DNA from: Candidatus Latescibacterota bacterium
GTDB taxonomy: Bacteria > Latescibacterota > UBA2968 > GCA-2709665
Direction: 5' to 3'
Length of the DNA: 64,000 bases
Assembly (NCBI GenBank): GCA_965237675.1
Contig: OZ250150.1
Coordinates: forward strand, 2,880,001-2,944,000
The position numbers and the translations under genes were made by a program. This document shows positions 19,771-28,022 of the stretch, piece after piece (the stretch's first letter is position 1; every line of letters starts with the position of its first letter). The notes beneath the pieces are model-generated. The model was not told where the DNA came from. It saw nothing but the letters and a program-made list of their open reading frames with translations, and made no database searches.

Positions 19771-20628
19771 TCAGGCCTCGACTAACCGCCTTAAATACGC
19801 GCCCTGTTCGCCAAGTTTGGTGTCGTCCTCGCCGGGCCCGAAGTCTTCCAGCGAGAGGTAGCCGGTATAGCCGATGCCCTTGAAGTCCCGGATGATCTGG
19901 CCGATGTCGGCAATCCCTTCCCGCAGGTCGGCGAAATCCCAATCCCAGATCCGAGCACCCATGCCATCCCGTTTTGCGGCGACGGGTCTGCCGTTGCCGA
20001 TGTGACAATGGACGAGATAGGGGCCGAGCAGTTCCATGCCCATTTTGGTGTCTTCCAGGCCCACGCGGAGCATGTTCGGTATGTCGTAAATGGCGCCGAT
20101 ATGTTCCGGGTCCAGGTCGCGCAGGAGTTCGATGGCGCGGGAGCAGGTGACGGCGACGGTGCCCACGTGTATTTCGTAGAGAATCTTGACGCTATAGTGT
20201 CGTGCGGTTTCGACAAGGTTTGCAAAACCCGCCCGTGCTTCGAGGAACTGAGGCCAGTAGGGCTGCGTCCGGTCGTGCCGGGGAGCGCCGATGCGGATCA
20301 TGGGCGGATTGTGAGGGTTGACCGCTACGGCGCCCCTGAGCAGCTTCTCCACCACGTCGGTATCTTCGAGCGTCACGTTCGGGGCCAGGGCGATCACGCG
20401 TATGCCCGTGCGCTTTTCCGCGGCCCGGATCGCTTCGGCCTTGTGAACTATGTTGTCGGGGCTGACGTCGGACAGATGACGGCCCCAGAAGGAGGGTTCC
20501 TCGGCATCGTTTCCCGGATTGTAGCGACAGCGCAGTTCGATACCGTCGTACCCATGTTCGGCCAGTTTATCGAAGGTTCGGTCCAGGTCCCAGCGGGGTA
20601 GCATTACGGACGTACAGGAAAGTTTCAT
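19771..20628 (-). CDS. Sugar phosphate isomerase/epimerase (xylose isomerase-like TIM barrel)
   Basis: GYDGIELR, YEIH, YDIPN, HCHIG, GYTGYLSLE. Confidence 0.85.
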   Translation of the reverse strand: MKLSCTSVMLPRWDLDRTFDKLAEHGYDGIELRCRYNPGNDAEEPSFWGRHLSDVSPDNIVHKAEAIRAAEKRTGIRVIALAPNVTLEDTDVVEKLLRGAVAVNPHNPPMIRIGAPRHDRTQPYWPQFLEARAGFANLVETARHYSVKILYEIHVGTVAVTCSRAIELLRDLDPEHIGAIYDIPNMLRVGLEDTKMGMELLGPYLVHCHIGNGRPVAAKRDGMGARIWDWDFADLREGIADIGQIIRDFKGIGYTGYLSLEDFGPGEDDTKLGEQGAYLRRLVEA

Positions 20629-20651
20629 AGTGCCTCCGCCTTTACGGCGAA

Positions 20652-21716
20652 TTACGGTGTAAACCGGGTTCCCGGGGTGATTTCCAGGATGAATTCCGTG
20701 AGCATGGCCACGGTTCGGTCGAGGTCATTGAGCGAGAGGACTTCCACGGGAGTGTGCATATAACGCAGCGCCACGCTGACAAGGCCCGTGGCCACGCCGG
20801 CGCGGGTGAGTTGTATGGCGTTCGCGTCGGTTCCGGTTCCGCCGGACGCGGCTTCGATCTGATAGGGCACGTCGGCCTTTCGCGCCGCGGCCACGAGGCG
20901 TTTGAAGACAACCGGATTGATGTTGGCGCCCCGGGCGATGACGGGGCCGGCGCCCAGTCTCAGGTCGCCGTCACGACGTTTGTCGATGTCGGGATGATCG
21001 GTTGCACAGGCAACGTCCAGGCCGATGCCGAGATGCGGATCTATGCCGTAGGCGCTGGTCTTTGCGCCCCGCAGGCCGATCTCCTCCTGGACGGTAGCGA
21101 CAGCGTACAGGGCGGCTTCGGGGCGCTTTTTGGACCGGGCAACGCAGCGCAGGGTCTCCGCGGCAACGTAGGCGCCCATTTTATTGTCGAAAGCGCGGGA
21201 GACGGCCAGGTCTCCACGGATGGTCTCAAAATTGGGATCGTAGGTGACGGGGTCGCCGGTGTCGACGATTTTCACGGCCTCTTTCTGGTCTTTCGCACCG
21301 ATGTCGATCCAGAGTTCATGAGCACGAGGTGTTTTCTTGCGATCCTCCTCCGTCATCAGATGGACGGGTTTCTTGCCGAATACGCCCGGTACGGGTCCTG
21401 ACGACGTATGGATACGGACTTTTCTGCCCGGGATGATGCCGGTGTCGAAGCCGCCGATCGTGTTGACGTAAATATATCCGTTGTCGTCTATATAGTTCAC
21501 CTGGAATCCCAGTTCATCCATATGTCCAGCCAGCATGATTCGCGGGCTGCCGTTGGCATTATGCACGGCAATGGCGTTGCCGTGGGCGTCAACGGTCACT
21601 CGATCCGCGTATTTCTTCGTTTCCGCCGTCCAGACTTCACGTACGGGACCTTCGTACCCGGATGGACCCGGCGCGTTGAGCATGGCTTCGAGAAAAGCGC
21701 GGGAAGATTTACGCAT
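20652..21716 (-). CDS. M42 family metallopeptidase
   Basis: PSGYE, AGHMDELG, AFDNK, QEEIGLRGA, GTGTDA, RYMHTP. Confidence 0.93.
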   Translation of the reverse strand: MRKSSRAFLEAMLNAPGPSGYEGPVREVWTAETKKYADRVTVDAHGNAIAVHNANGSPRIMLAGHMDELGFQVNYIDDNGYIYVNTIGGFDTGIIPGRKVRIHTSSGPVPGVFGKKPVHLMTEEDRKKTPRAHELWIDIGAKDQKEAVKIVDTGDPVTYDPNFETIRGDLAVSRAFDNKMGAYVAAETLRCVARSKKRPEAALYAVATVQEEIGLRGAKTSAYGIDPHLGIGLDVACATDHPDIDKRRDGDLRLGAGPVIARGANINPVVFKRLVAAARKADVPYQIEAASGGTGTDANAIQLTRAGVATGLVSVALRYMHTPVEVLSLNDLDRTVAMLTEFILEITPGTRFTP

Positions 21717-21726
21717 CGTTCTCCTT

Positions 21727-22755
21727 TCAGAAAACCGACCGTTTTCGGCATTGTTCGATTACGCGAATCAATTCGCGGGACTCACGGGTTTTGACATGGG
21801 GCTCTGCGTTTCCCGTAAACGTCTCGTAGATATTGGCGTAAAAGTCCAGGTGCGCTTCAGGACGGATAGGCACGGTCTTTTCCCGCCAGGGGAGCCGATC
21901 CTGGTTGTCGTAGCTGCGCCCTGGCGCTGCACCATCGATGACTTCCAGTTCGGGCGCCCGGCTGGGATCGTAGTAACGGATATGAAATGCATTCTCTGTC
22001 TGAACGAGGGTTCCGTAACGCCCGCAAACGTGCCACGGTGGCAGGGGCAGGGCCGCCGCCTGGTTGACTTCCAGATCAAGGAGCTGACTCCCCCCGGTCT
22101 TGAGCCAGATTCTGACCACATCGTCCGCGTCTCCGCGCGTGGCAACGGCCCAGAGGTTGCATCGAATATCGGCAACGGGGGTGCCGTCGGAGAGATAGAG
22201 CAACTGGTCGATGTAGTGGGCGCCGTAGTTGTTGAGCATGCCGCCGCCGTGTCTGCGCAGGCTCTGCCAGTCGTTGCGACGCACGTAACGCGTCAGACAC
22301 CGGCGGATGAGGTAGACCGGGCCAAGAATCCCGCTATCGAGGATCCCTTTGAGAACCTGTGTTTCAGGAGAAAGGCGATGCGGCTGGTAGACGAGCACCC
22401 GGCGGCCGTGCCGGTGTGCTTCTTCGACAATACGGTCGGCCGATTTGAGGGTGGTGGTCATCGGTTTTTCGAGGATAACGTGACAGCCTTCGCGGAGCGC
22501 TTTTCGGGCGTGCCGTTCGTGAAATCTCGTGGGGGTGGCGACAACCAGAACGTCGGGGCTTTCTTTTTTCCAGAACGCGCCCACGGTCGTGTAGGTACGG
22601 CAACCGGAAAAAGCGGCTGCCTCCTCGAGCCGTTCCGGTAGCGGGTCGATTACGGCGACGAGTTGGAAGTTGGATGCGTCCTTGAGTTCGTTGAAATGCT
22701 TGGACCATCCGGCACGGCCCAGTCCGGCGATTGCAATATCCAGCTTTTTTGCCAT
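21727..22755 (-). CDS. Gfo/Idh/MocA oxidoreductase
   Basis: GLGRAG, VATPTRFH, HVILEKPM, GGGMLNNYGAHYIDQ. Confidence 0.9.
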   Translation of the reverse strand: MAKKLDIAIAGLGRAGWSKHFNELKDASNFQLVAVIDPLPERLEEAAAFSGCRTYTTVGAFWKKESPDVLVVATPTRFHERHARKALREGCHVILEKPMTTTLKSADRIVEEAHRHGRRVLVYQPHRLSPETQVLKGILDSGILGPVYLIRRCLTRYVRRNDWQSLRRHGGGMLNNYGAHYIDQLLYLSDGTPVADIRCNLWAVATRGDADDVVRIWLKTGGSQLLDLEVNQAAALPLPPWHVCGRYGTLVQTENAFHIRYYDPSRAPELEVIDGAAPGRSYDNQDRLPWREKTVPIRPEAHLDFYANIYETFTGNAEPHVKTRESRELIRVIEQCRKRSVF

Positions 22756-22769
22756 GGGTGGTATCCTGA

Positions 22770-22980
22770 GAAGCTGTTTTAAAATTCCCGGTGCGTTCCC
22801 GAGCGCGAGCGAAAAGGTGTCGGTTATGAGGCGCGAAGGGCGTGCAGCGCCGACGGGAGGACCCGCCTATGAGAGGCGAGGGTCGCGCAGCCTCGACCCC
22901 AAGATACGGGTGGGTTTGACCAACGCCGACCGACGCATTTGCAGCCGCGCGAAGACCGCTGGGGGTTTTAAGACAGCTTC
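22770..22980. mobile_element. MITE (211 bp) with 15-bp TIRs and TGA target duplication (IS5-like)
   Basis: Left end GAAGCTGTTTTAAAA; right-end reverse complement GAAGCTGTCTTAAAA; TGA at 22767-22769 and 22981-22983; no ORF. Confidence 0.72.
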
Positions 22981-23000
22981 TGAAGCATTATGGGAGAAAG

Positions 23001-23029
23001 TTGACGGCGTTGCCTTCCCTGTCTATATT
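23001..23029 (+). promoter_or_regulatory. sigma70-type promoter TTGACG-17-TATATT
   Basis: Near-consensus, upstream of the membrane-protein gene. Confidence 0.6.
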
Positions 23030-23209
23030 CCTGCGCATGGTTTTTAAAATAAAACCTGCAACCCAAATGTCCACAGAAAACCTGAGGGGTTTGTGCTGGT
23101 CTGGGGCGCCATGCGCGGGCGTTTTTGTCCAGGATTCATAAGCGGGAGGTCCACGGTGGGAACGGAGTCAGGACGGCCGGGCGCTTCAGAAGGCGTTAAG
23201 TCGACAACG

Positions 23210-23731
23210 ATGCAAGCGGCTATTCTGGGCATGCTCGTTGTGAATATTCCACTGTTGCTCGTCAGCTTCGGCATGGGTTACGCGGCCCGTTTCGGCTGGA
23301 TGTCGGTTTCCGTGGGAGCGCATTTGAAGGTGGGGCTTCTGGCCGCGTTTCTGACGGTCCTGACGCAGACGACAACGATGTTTTATTTCATGGGAACGGG
23401 TTCGGCGATCAAGGCCGAGGTTCGGGAGCGGGGTCTGGATCCGGATTTTCTTGCGCGCGCCCGCGCGTTCAAAGGGAGTTTTTTCTACCTGCTGACGTTC
23501 GGTATTTTGCTGATTATGGTTGCGGCAATGATCGGCGGTGGCGCGCACGCGGACCTGCTGTGGAGCGATGGAGCGGCAGGCCGGACATTCTATTCCATTC
23601 TGCACGAGGTCCTGGCGATCCTGAGCCTGGTCATAAATATGATTGCCTTTGTCCGCACGCCGTACAATATCCAAAGGAATAACCGGCTGCTGGATGACGT
23701 GGGCAGCACCCGGGTCGTGGCTTCAGAATAG
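23210..23731 (+). CDS. Hypothetical 4-TM membrane protein
   Basis: Hydrophobic segments with His residues (GAHLKVG, ILHEVL) and FYFMGTGSAIK. The start is uncertain (ORF open from 23093). Confidence 0.7.
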   Translation: MQAAILGMLVVNIPLLLVSFGMGYAARFGWMSVSVGAHLKVGLLAAFLTVLTQTTTMFYFMGTGSAIKAEVRERGLDPDFLARARAFKGSFFYLLTFGILLIMVAAMIGGGAHADLLWSDGAAGRTFYSILHEVLAILSLVINMIAFVRTPYNIQRNNRLLDDVGSTRVVASE

Positions 23732-23971
23732 TGTCCCGTCCCAGAAATATGTCACCATTCTTCCGCCTGCCTGTGCGTGCGTGAGGCTGCACGCACAGGC
23801 AGGCGCCGATTCATTCCGTCTCGCTGCGTTGCTTGCGCTGAGCTTGTCGAAGTGCCTTCGCTCGCCGACCTTGTGCAGGTCGCAGGCGCCGGTTCCTGAG
23901 CCTGTCGAAGGATGCGAGCCGGGCGACTCGGCAGCTGAATTTCGGCAATCTATCTCCGGGACGGAACACTA
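23729..23971. mobile_element. MITE (243 bp, TA-flanked, IS630-like) with nested hairpin repeats
   Basis: TIRs TAGTGTCCCGTCCCAGAAATA and TAGTGTTCCGTCCCGGAGATA (18/21). Contains a GCCTGCCTGTGCGTGC..GCACGCACAGGCAGGC hairpin and two CTGAGC(T/C)TGTCGAAG units. Confidence 0.7.
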
Positions 23972-24077
23972 GGCGTCTGCGACCGGAAGGCAGGGGGCGC
24001 TGTCAAAACAGGATTGCGGGTGTGGCGGTGCGCCGACGAGATCTGAGGTCGCCCTTTATCTGATCACGGAGGAGGTT

Positions 24078-25796
24078 ATGGACAACCGGGAGGTCGCGGA
24101 AATCCTGGAGGAGATGGCGACATTGATGGAGTTGAACGGCGAGGGCGGATTTCGTATACGTGCGTACACGAATGCGGCCCGGGGTATCGAATCTCTGCGG
24201 GTGCCCGTCGCTGAACTGGTTGTCGAGCGGAAGCTGGATTCGGTCAGAGGAATCGGCAAAGGACTGGCGGGACGCATTACCGGACTCGTGGAGACGGGGT
24301 GTCTGCCGGGTCTGGAGGAGTTGAGGGCGTCCGTTCCGGAAGGGTTGTTGGAGATGACGGAAATTCCCGGTCTGGGGGCCAAGAGAGTGCGGGCAATTTA
24401 CGAAGGACTGGGCATCGTGGACATAGATGCGCTCTCCAGAGCATGTGATTCCGGAGAGTTGGAGGCGATGACCGGATTCGGCAGGAAAACTGCCGACCGG
24501 ATCGCGCACGGAATTCAATATATGCAGAAGCACCGTGGACAATTTCTGTGTCATAACGCTCGCGAAGAGGCAGAGGACATTCGGGCTTATCTGGAGGGCC
24601 AGGCCAGCGCGGATCTGTTGACCGTGGCTGGATCGATTCGGCGCCGCATGGAAACGAGCAAGGATGTGGATCTGGTGGCGTGTACAAAGGACCCGGATGG
24701 ACTGGCCGGGGCATTTACCGGGTATGGAGAGGTGGCCGAGGTTGTGGAAGCCGGAGAGATGCGGCTGAGCGTAATGTTGAAGTCGGGTATGCGCGCGAAT
24801 CTGTGGCTTGTGAAGGAGGAGGCTTTTCCGGCTGCGCTGCATCACGTTACGGGTAGCCAGGCGCATGTTGCGCAGGTGCGCGAGAGAGCGTCGCAACGGG
24901 GCCTGAAGTTAAACGAACACGGACTGTTTGACGGAGATCGTCGAATCCCCTGCGAGGACGAGGCGGCGCTATTCGAAGCGCTCGGTCTGTCCGAGATCCC
25001 GCCGGAACTGCGTGAGGGTGAAGACGAGATCCGACAGGCCGAGGTCGGGGCGCTTCCCGGTCTGGTGTCACGATCGGATCTGCGTGGGACGCTGCACGTG
25101 CATACCCGGCACAGCGACGGCCGGGCGGATGTGATGGAGATGGCGAGTGCGGCGGCCGGCCTGGGATATGGATATATCGGGATATGCGACCACAGCAAGG
25201 CGGCGGCCTATGCTAAAGGCCTGACAGAGGACCGGGTTCGTGCCCAGTGGGAGGAAATCGAAAGCGTGGACGCGGAACTCGAGGAGATCCGGGTGTTGAA
25301 GGGAATCGAGGTGGACATACTCGGCGATGGGCGGCTTGACTTCGAGGACGAGTTCTTGGAACAGTTCGACGTCGTCGTGGCGTCGGTGCATTCCAGATTC
25401 GGCATGAACGAGTCCGAGGCGACCGAGCGGATCGTGCGCGCGGTGCGGAATCCACACGTGCACATTCTGGGCCATCCCACGGGGCGATTGTTGCTTTCGC
25501 GTGAGGGTTATCCGCTGGATCTCCGCGCCGTCATCGACGCGGCGGCCGAGGCCAATACGGCCATTGAGCTGAATGCCAATCCTCGACGGTTGGACCTGGA
25601 CTGGCGGCATATCGGATACGCGAGGGAAAAGGGGGTGAAGATTGCAATCAATACCGACGCCCACAGCGTTGAGGGCTTGGAGCAGATGGAGCACGGTCTG
25701 GGCGTGGGCCGGAAGGGCGGACTGCCGGCCGCGGATGTCCTGAACGCGATGTCTGTGGACGAGTTTCTGGCATGGTGCGCAACAACTGGACTGTGA
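24078..25796 (+). CDS. polX: DNA polymerase X / PHP 3'-5' exonuclease
   Basis: FRIRAYTNAA, HhH motifs GIGKG and GLGAK, AGSIRR..KDVD, IPPELREG, PHP motifs HVHT..SDG, DHS, GHPTG, NTDAH. Confidence 0.95.
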   Translation: MDNREVAEILEEMATLMELNGEGGFRIRAYTNAARGIESLRVPVAELVVERKLDSVRGIGKGLAGRITGLVETGCLPGLEELRASVPEGLLEMTEIPGLGAKRVRAIYEGLGIVDIDALSRACDSGELEAMTGFGRKTADRIAHGIQYMQKHRGQFLCHNAREEAEDIRAYLEGQASADLLTVAGSIRRRMETSKDVDLVACTKDPDGLAGAFTGYGEVAEVVEAGEMRLSVMLKSGMRANLWLVKEEAFPAALHHVTGSQAHVAQVRERASQRGLKLNEHGLFDGDRRIPCEDEAALFEALGLSEIPPELREGEDEIRQAEVGALPGLVSRSDLRGTLHVHTRHSDGRADVMEMASAAAGLGYGYIGICDHSKAAAYAKGLTEDRVRAQWEEIESVDAELEEIRVLKGIEVDILGDGRLDFEDEFLEQFDVVVASVHSRFGMNESEATERIVRAVRNPHVHILGHPTGRLLLSREGYPLDLRAVIDAAAEANTAIELNANPRRLDLDWRHIGYAREKGVKIAINTDAHSVEGLEQMEHGLGVGRKGGLPAADVLNAMSVDEFLAWCATTGL

Positions 25797-25831
25797 TTAA
25801 CTGTGATTAAGGTATGATTAACTGTGATTAA
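25790..25831. repeat. Short tandem repeat of (A)CTGTGATTA(A)
   Basis: Three exact copies and one degenerate copy overlapping the polX stop. Confidence 0.7.
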
Positions 25832-25894
25832 AGGCAAAGGCGAGGTGGCGGGAGAGAGTTCGGACGGTGATAGAGGGGATCTGAAGAGGCGGGA

Positions 25895-26090
25895 TACATG
25901 GATGGACAGGATGAACAGGATAAAGACCAGAAGCCGTAGTTGCGTTACACTGTCTTACTCCATTTGAGATATTTTGCCGCATTTTCTGAATTTCGATTTT
26001 CATCCTGTATATCCTGTGTATCCATGTAAGTTATGTTTTCAGTCATTCGGCGATAGTCACCAACTGCAATTAACATGGATGGACAGGACG
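25895..26090. repeat. ACATGGAT..ACAGGAT inverted/direct repeat cluster
   Basis: 25895-25921 is an imperfect inverted copy of 26002-26028; a third partial copy is at 26072-26089. Confidence 0.7.
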
Positions 26091-26103
26091 TATTGGAGGT
26101 CGT

Positions 26104-26832
26104 TTGACGCGCGAAGAGATTTTCGACACGGTCCAATCGCTCTGCAAAGAGAAGGACCTCTATGCCGCCAGCGAGTTCGTGCTCCGTCTCGCGGATGAGT
26201 CTGGCGATGGCGAGATATTCGGAAACCTCGTGCTCGACTGTTATTGGAAGGCCAAGTCCACGGAGCAGATGATCCACTTCGCCAACGCAGGCATCCACTA
26301 TTGCCTGGCCAAGGCGTGCGCGTACGACGGCATCGAAGACGATTCCGCGAGGGAACTTCGATTCGCCGCCAAGCGGATGGCCACCAACGCCGCTTCCTTC
26401 ACCTGGATTGGCTGGGAAGAACCCGGGGTGGCGGTCTCAGCCGAGCAGATGCGGCAGGGACTCGCCTTCGCCCGGTACAGCGTAAGGCAACTGCATGAAC
26501 TGGACCCGACCGACGCGCAACTCGCATTTTCGTACTGGTTTCTTGCCGCGCATCTGATCGTCGAGGTCTCGTACGAGGAGGCGTTGTCGGTATTTGTGGA
26601 CGCGAGAGAGTACAATAGCTCGGACGGAGGGAATCCGGATTACGACACCATGCTCGAAGGTTATATCGGGCTGACGAGAATTCTGTCGGGCGACAACGAC
26701 GCTGGTGAATCCGAATTCGGCTCATCGGTAGCAGCACTGGAGTCCCTCGATAGCGAGGATGCCGCGTTCTACGCGAAGCAACTCCTGAGCGTCCGGACGT
26801 TCTTCGAGAAGCGGTTGGCATCAGACGCCTAG
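26104..26832 (+). CDS. Hypothetical helical (TPR-like) protein
   Basis: 242-aa ORF with GGAGG before TTG and coding-like codon usage; contains SFTWIGWEEPG and helical repeats. Confidence 0.7.
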   Translation: MTREEIFDTVQSLCKEKDLYAASEFVLRLADESGDGEIFGNLVLDCYWKAKSTEQMIHFANAGIHYCLAKACAYDGIEDDSARELRFAAKRMATNAASFTWIGWEEPGVAVSAEQMRQGLAFARYSVRQLHELDPTDAQLAFSYWFLAAHLIVEVSYEEALSVFVDAREYNSSDGGNPDYDTMLEGYIGLTRILSGDNDAGESEFGSSVAALESLDSEDAAFYAKQLLSVRTFFEKRLASDA

Positions 26833-26881
26833 CCCGGGCGTCAACGATCACCTGGCCCATCGGGCTTCCTCGTACGCAATT

Positions 26882-27036
26882 CTCACACAAAGGCACGAAG
26901 ACACAAGGGTAAACCCAAAAACGCTTTAAATGTCGCAATTTGCGACACCTGCCAGATACAGGGTACGATGGCGGTTGTAGGGATGTATGAAGGGGCGGTT
27001 TGGGAACCGCCCTGCGGTCGTATGATGGATGTGGAC
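26882..27036 (+). repeat. Palindrome+REP module, copy A
   Basis: TGTCGCAATTTGCGACA (26931-26947) and GGGCGGTTTGGGAACCGCCC starting 62 bp later (26993). The 5' CTCACAC..AAGACACA..AAACCC part is shared with copy C. Confidence 0.75.
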
Positions 27037-27239
27037 TTTGATTCGCCTTTCCGAAAACCGAACAGGCACCGAGGTTTGAATTCATACGCGGTTTTTTGCC
27101 CAACTGCAGAAAACCAATTGCACGCTATTCTTGGGAATGATATATTCGCTATGAGGGCAAGAAGCAGTCGCCAGCGTCCGGCCTGTTTTTTTGGGGATGG
27201 TCGATTCTCAGACGTCTAATGATTCTCCAGGAGGATCCA

Positions 27240-27425
27240 ATGTCTGCAGGTAATTTAACTGCCGTGATCAGAAAAGAGGACGACTTGTACGTTGCGGATT
27301 GCCCGGCATTGGGTACAGTCAGCCAGGGCACTTCGCCGAAGGAAGCGTTGGAAAACCTTAGGGAGGCCACAACACTCTATCTTGAAGAAACTGGTGTTAC
27401 CGTAGCGGAGTTCAATATTGCCTGA
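27240..27425 (+). CDS. hicB: Short HicB antitoxin (no DNA-binding domain)
   Basis: YVADCPALGTVSQGTSPKEALENLREATTLYLE; RBS GGAGG. Confidence 0.88.
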   Translation: MSAGNLTAVIRKEDDLYVADCPALGTVSQGTSPKEALENLREATTLYLEETGVTVAEFNIA

Positions 27426-27648
27426 ATTGCCATCGGACAAATCTGGCAGTGACGTGATAGCAGCACTCGAAAAACTCGGATTTAGCTTTGTGCGACAAAA
27501 AGGAAGCCATGTAGTGCTTAAGCGTTCCGATCCAATCAGAAGCAAAGTGGCGGTTGTTCCGGTGCATAAACGACTGGCGCGCGGAACGATAAGAGGTATA
27601 CTCACGCAGGCGGGTATCGACAGGGACGAGTTTCTAAGTGTCATATAG
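27418..27648 (+). CDS. hicA: HicA mRNA interferase toxin
   Basis: LEKLGFSFVRQKGSHVVL..VVPVHKRLARGTIRGILTQAG; overlaps the hicB end. Confidence 0.92.
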   Translation: MPELPSDKSGSDVIAALEKLGFSFVRQKGSHVVLKRSDPIRSKVAVVPVHKRLARGTIRGILTQAGIDRDEFLSVI

Positions 27649-27670
27649 GCGTTGAATAATGCTACACAGG

Positions 27671-27701
27671 GTAGGGTTTGTCGGAATCCGCGACAAACCC
27701 T
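27671..27701. repeat. GTAG-type REP-like hairpin
   Basis: GTAGGGTTTGTCG-GAATCCG-CGACAAACCCT. Confidence 0.55.
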
Positions 27702-27824
27702 TTGGTATGTCGTAGGAGATCCGTATGCGGTCTATATGTACGCGTGAGCAAAGCCTTGCGATTGGCGTCGATTCGTCAGAAGACCGCAGCCACTACGCTT
27801 CATAAAGACCCGGGTTCCTGTCAC

Positions 27825-27930
27825 TGTCGCAAATTGCGACACCTCGTAAACATCGGTTACGACAACAGTGGTCGGGTTTTTTGTAGGGGCGGTTCGCGAA
27901 CCGCCCTGCGGTGGTGTGGTGGATGTGGAC
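27825..27930 (+). repeat. Palindrome+REP module, copy B
   Basis: TGTCGCAAATTGCGACA (27825-27841) and GGGCGGTTCGCGAACCGCCC at 27887 (62 bp offset), then TGCGG..TGGATGTGGAC as in copy A. Confidence 0.78.
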
Positions 27931-28022
27931 GGGGTTTCGATTATTGTATCGATATTCCGCATCTTAGGATTTTTCCGCCCGGGCGACCGTGCGGCTATAT
28001 ATTCAACAAGTGAGGTTTTTCC

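Noticed and set aside
25790-27930. CRISPR array
   Set aside because: The repeats are degenerate, irregularly spaced and lack constant-length spacers; no cas genes are present.
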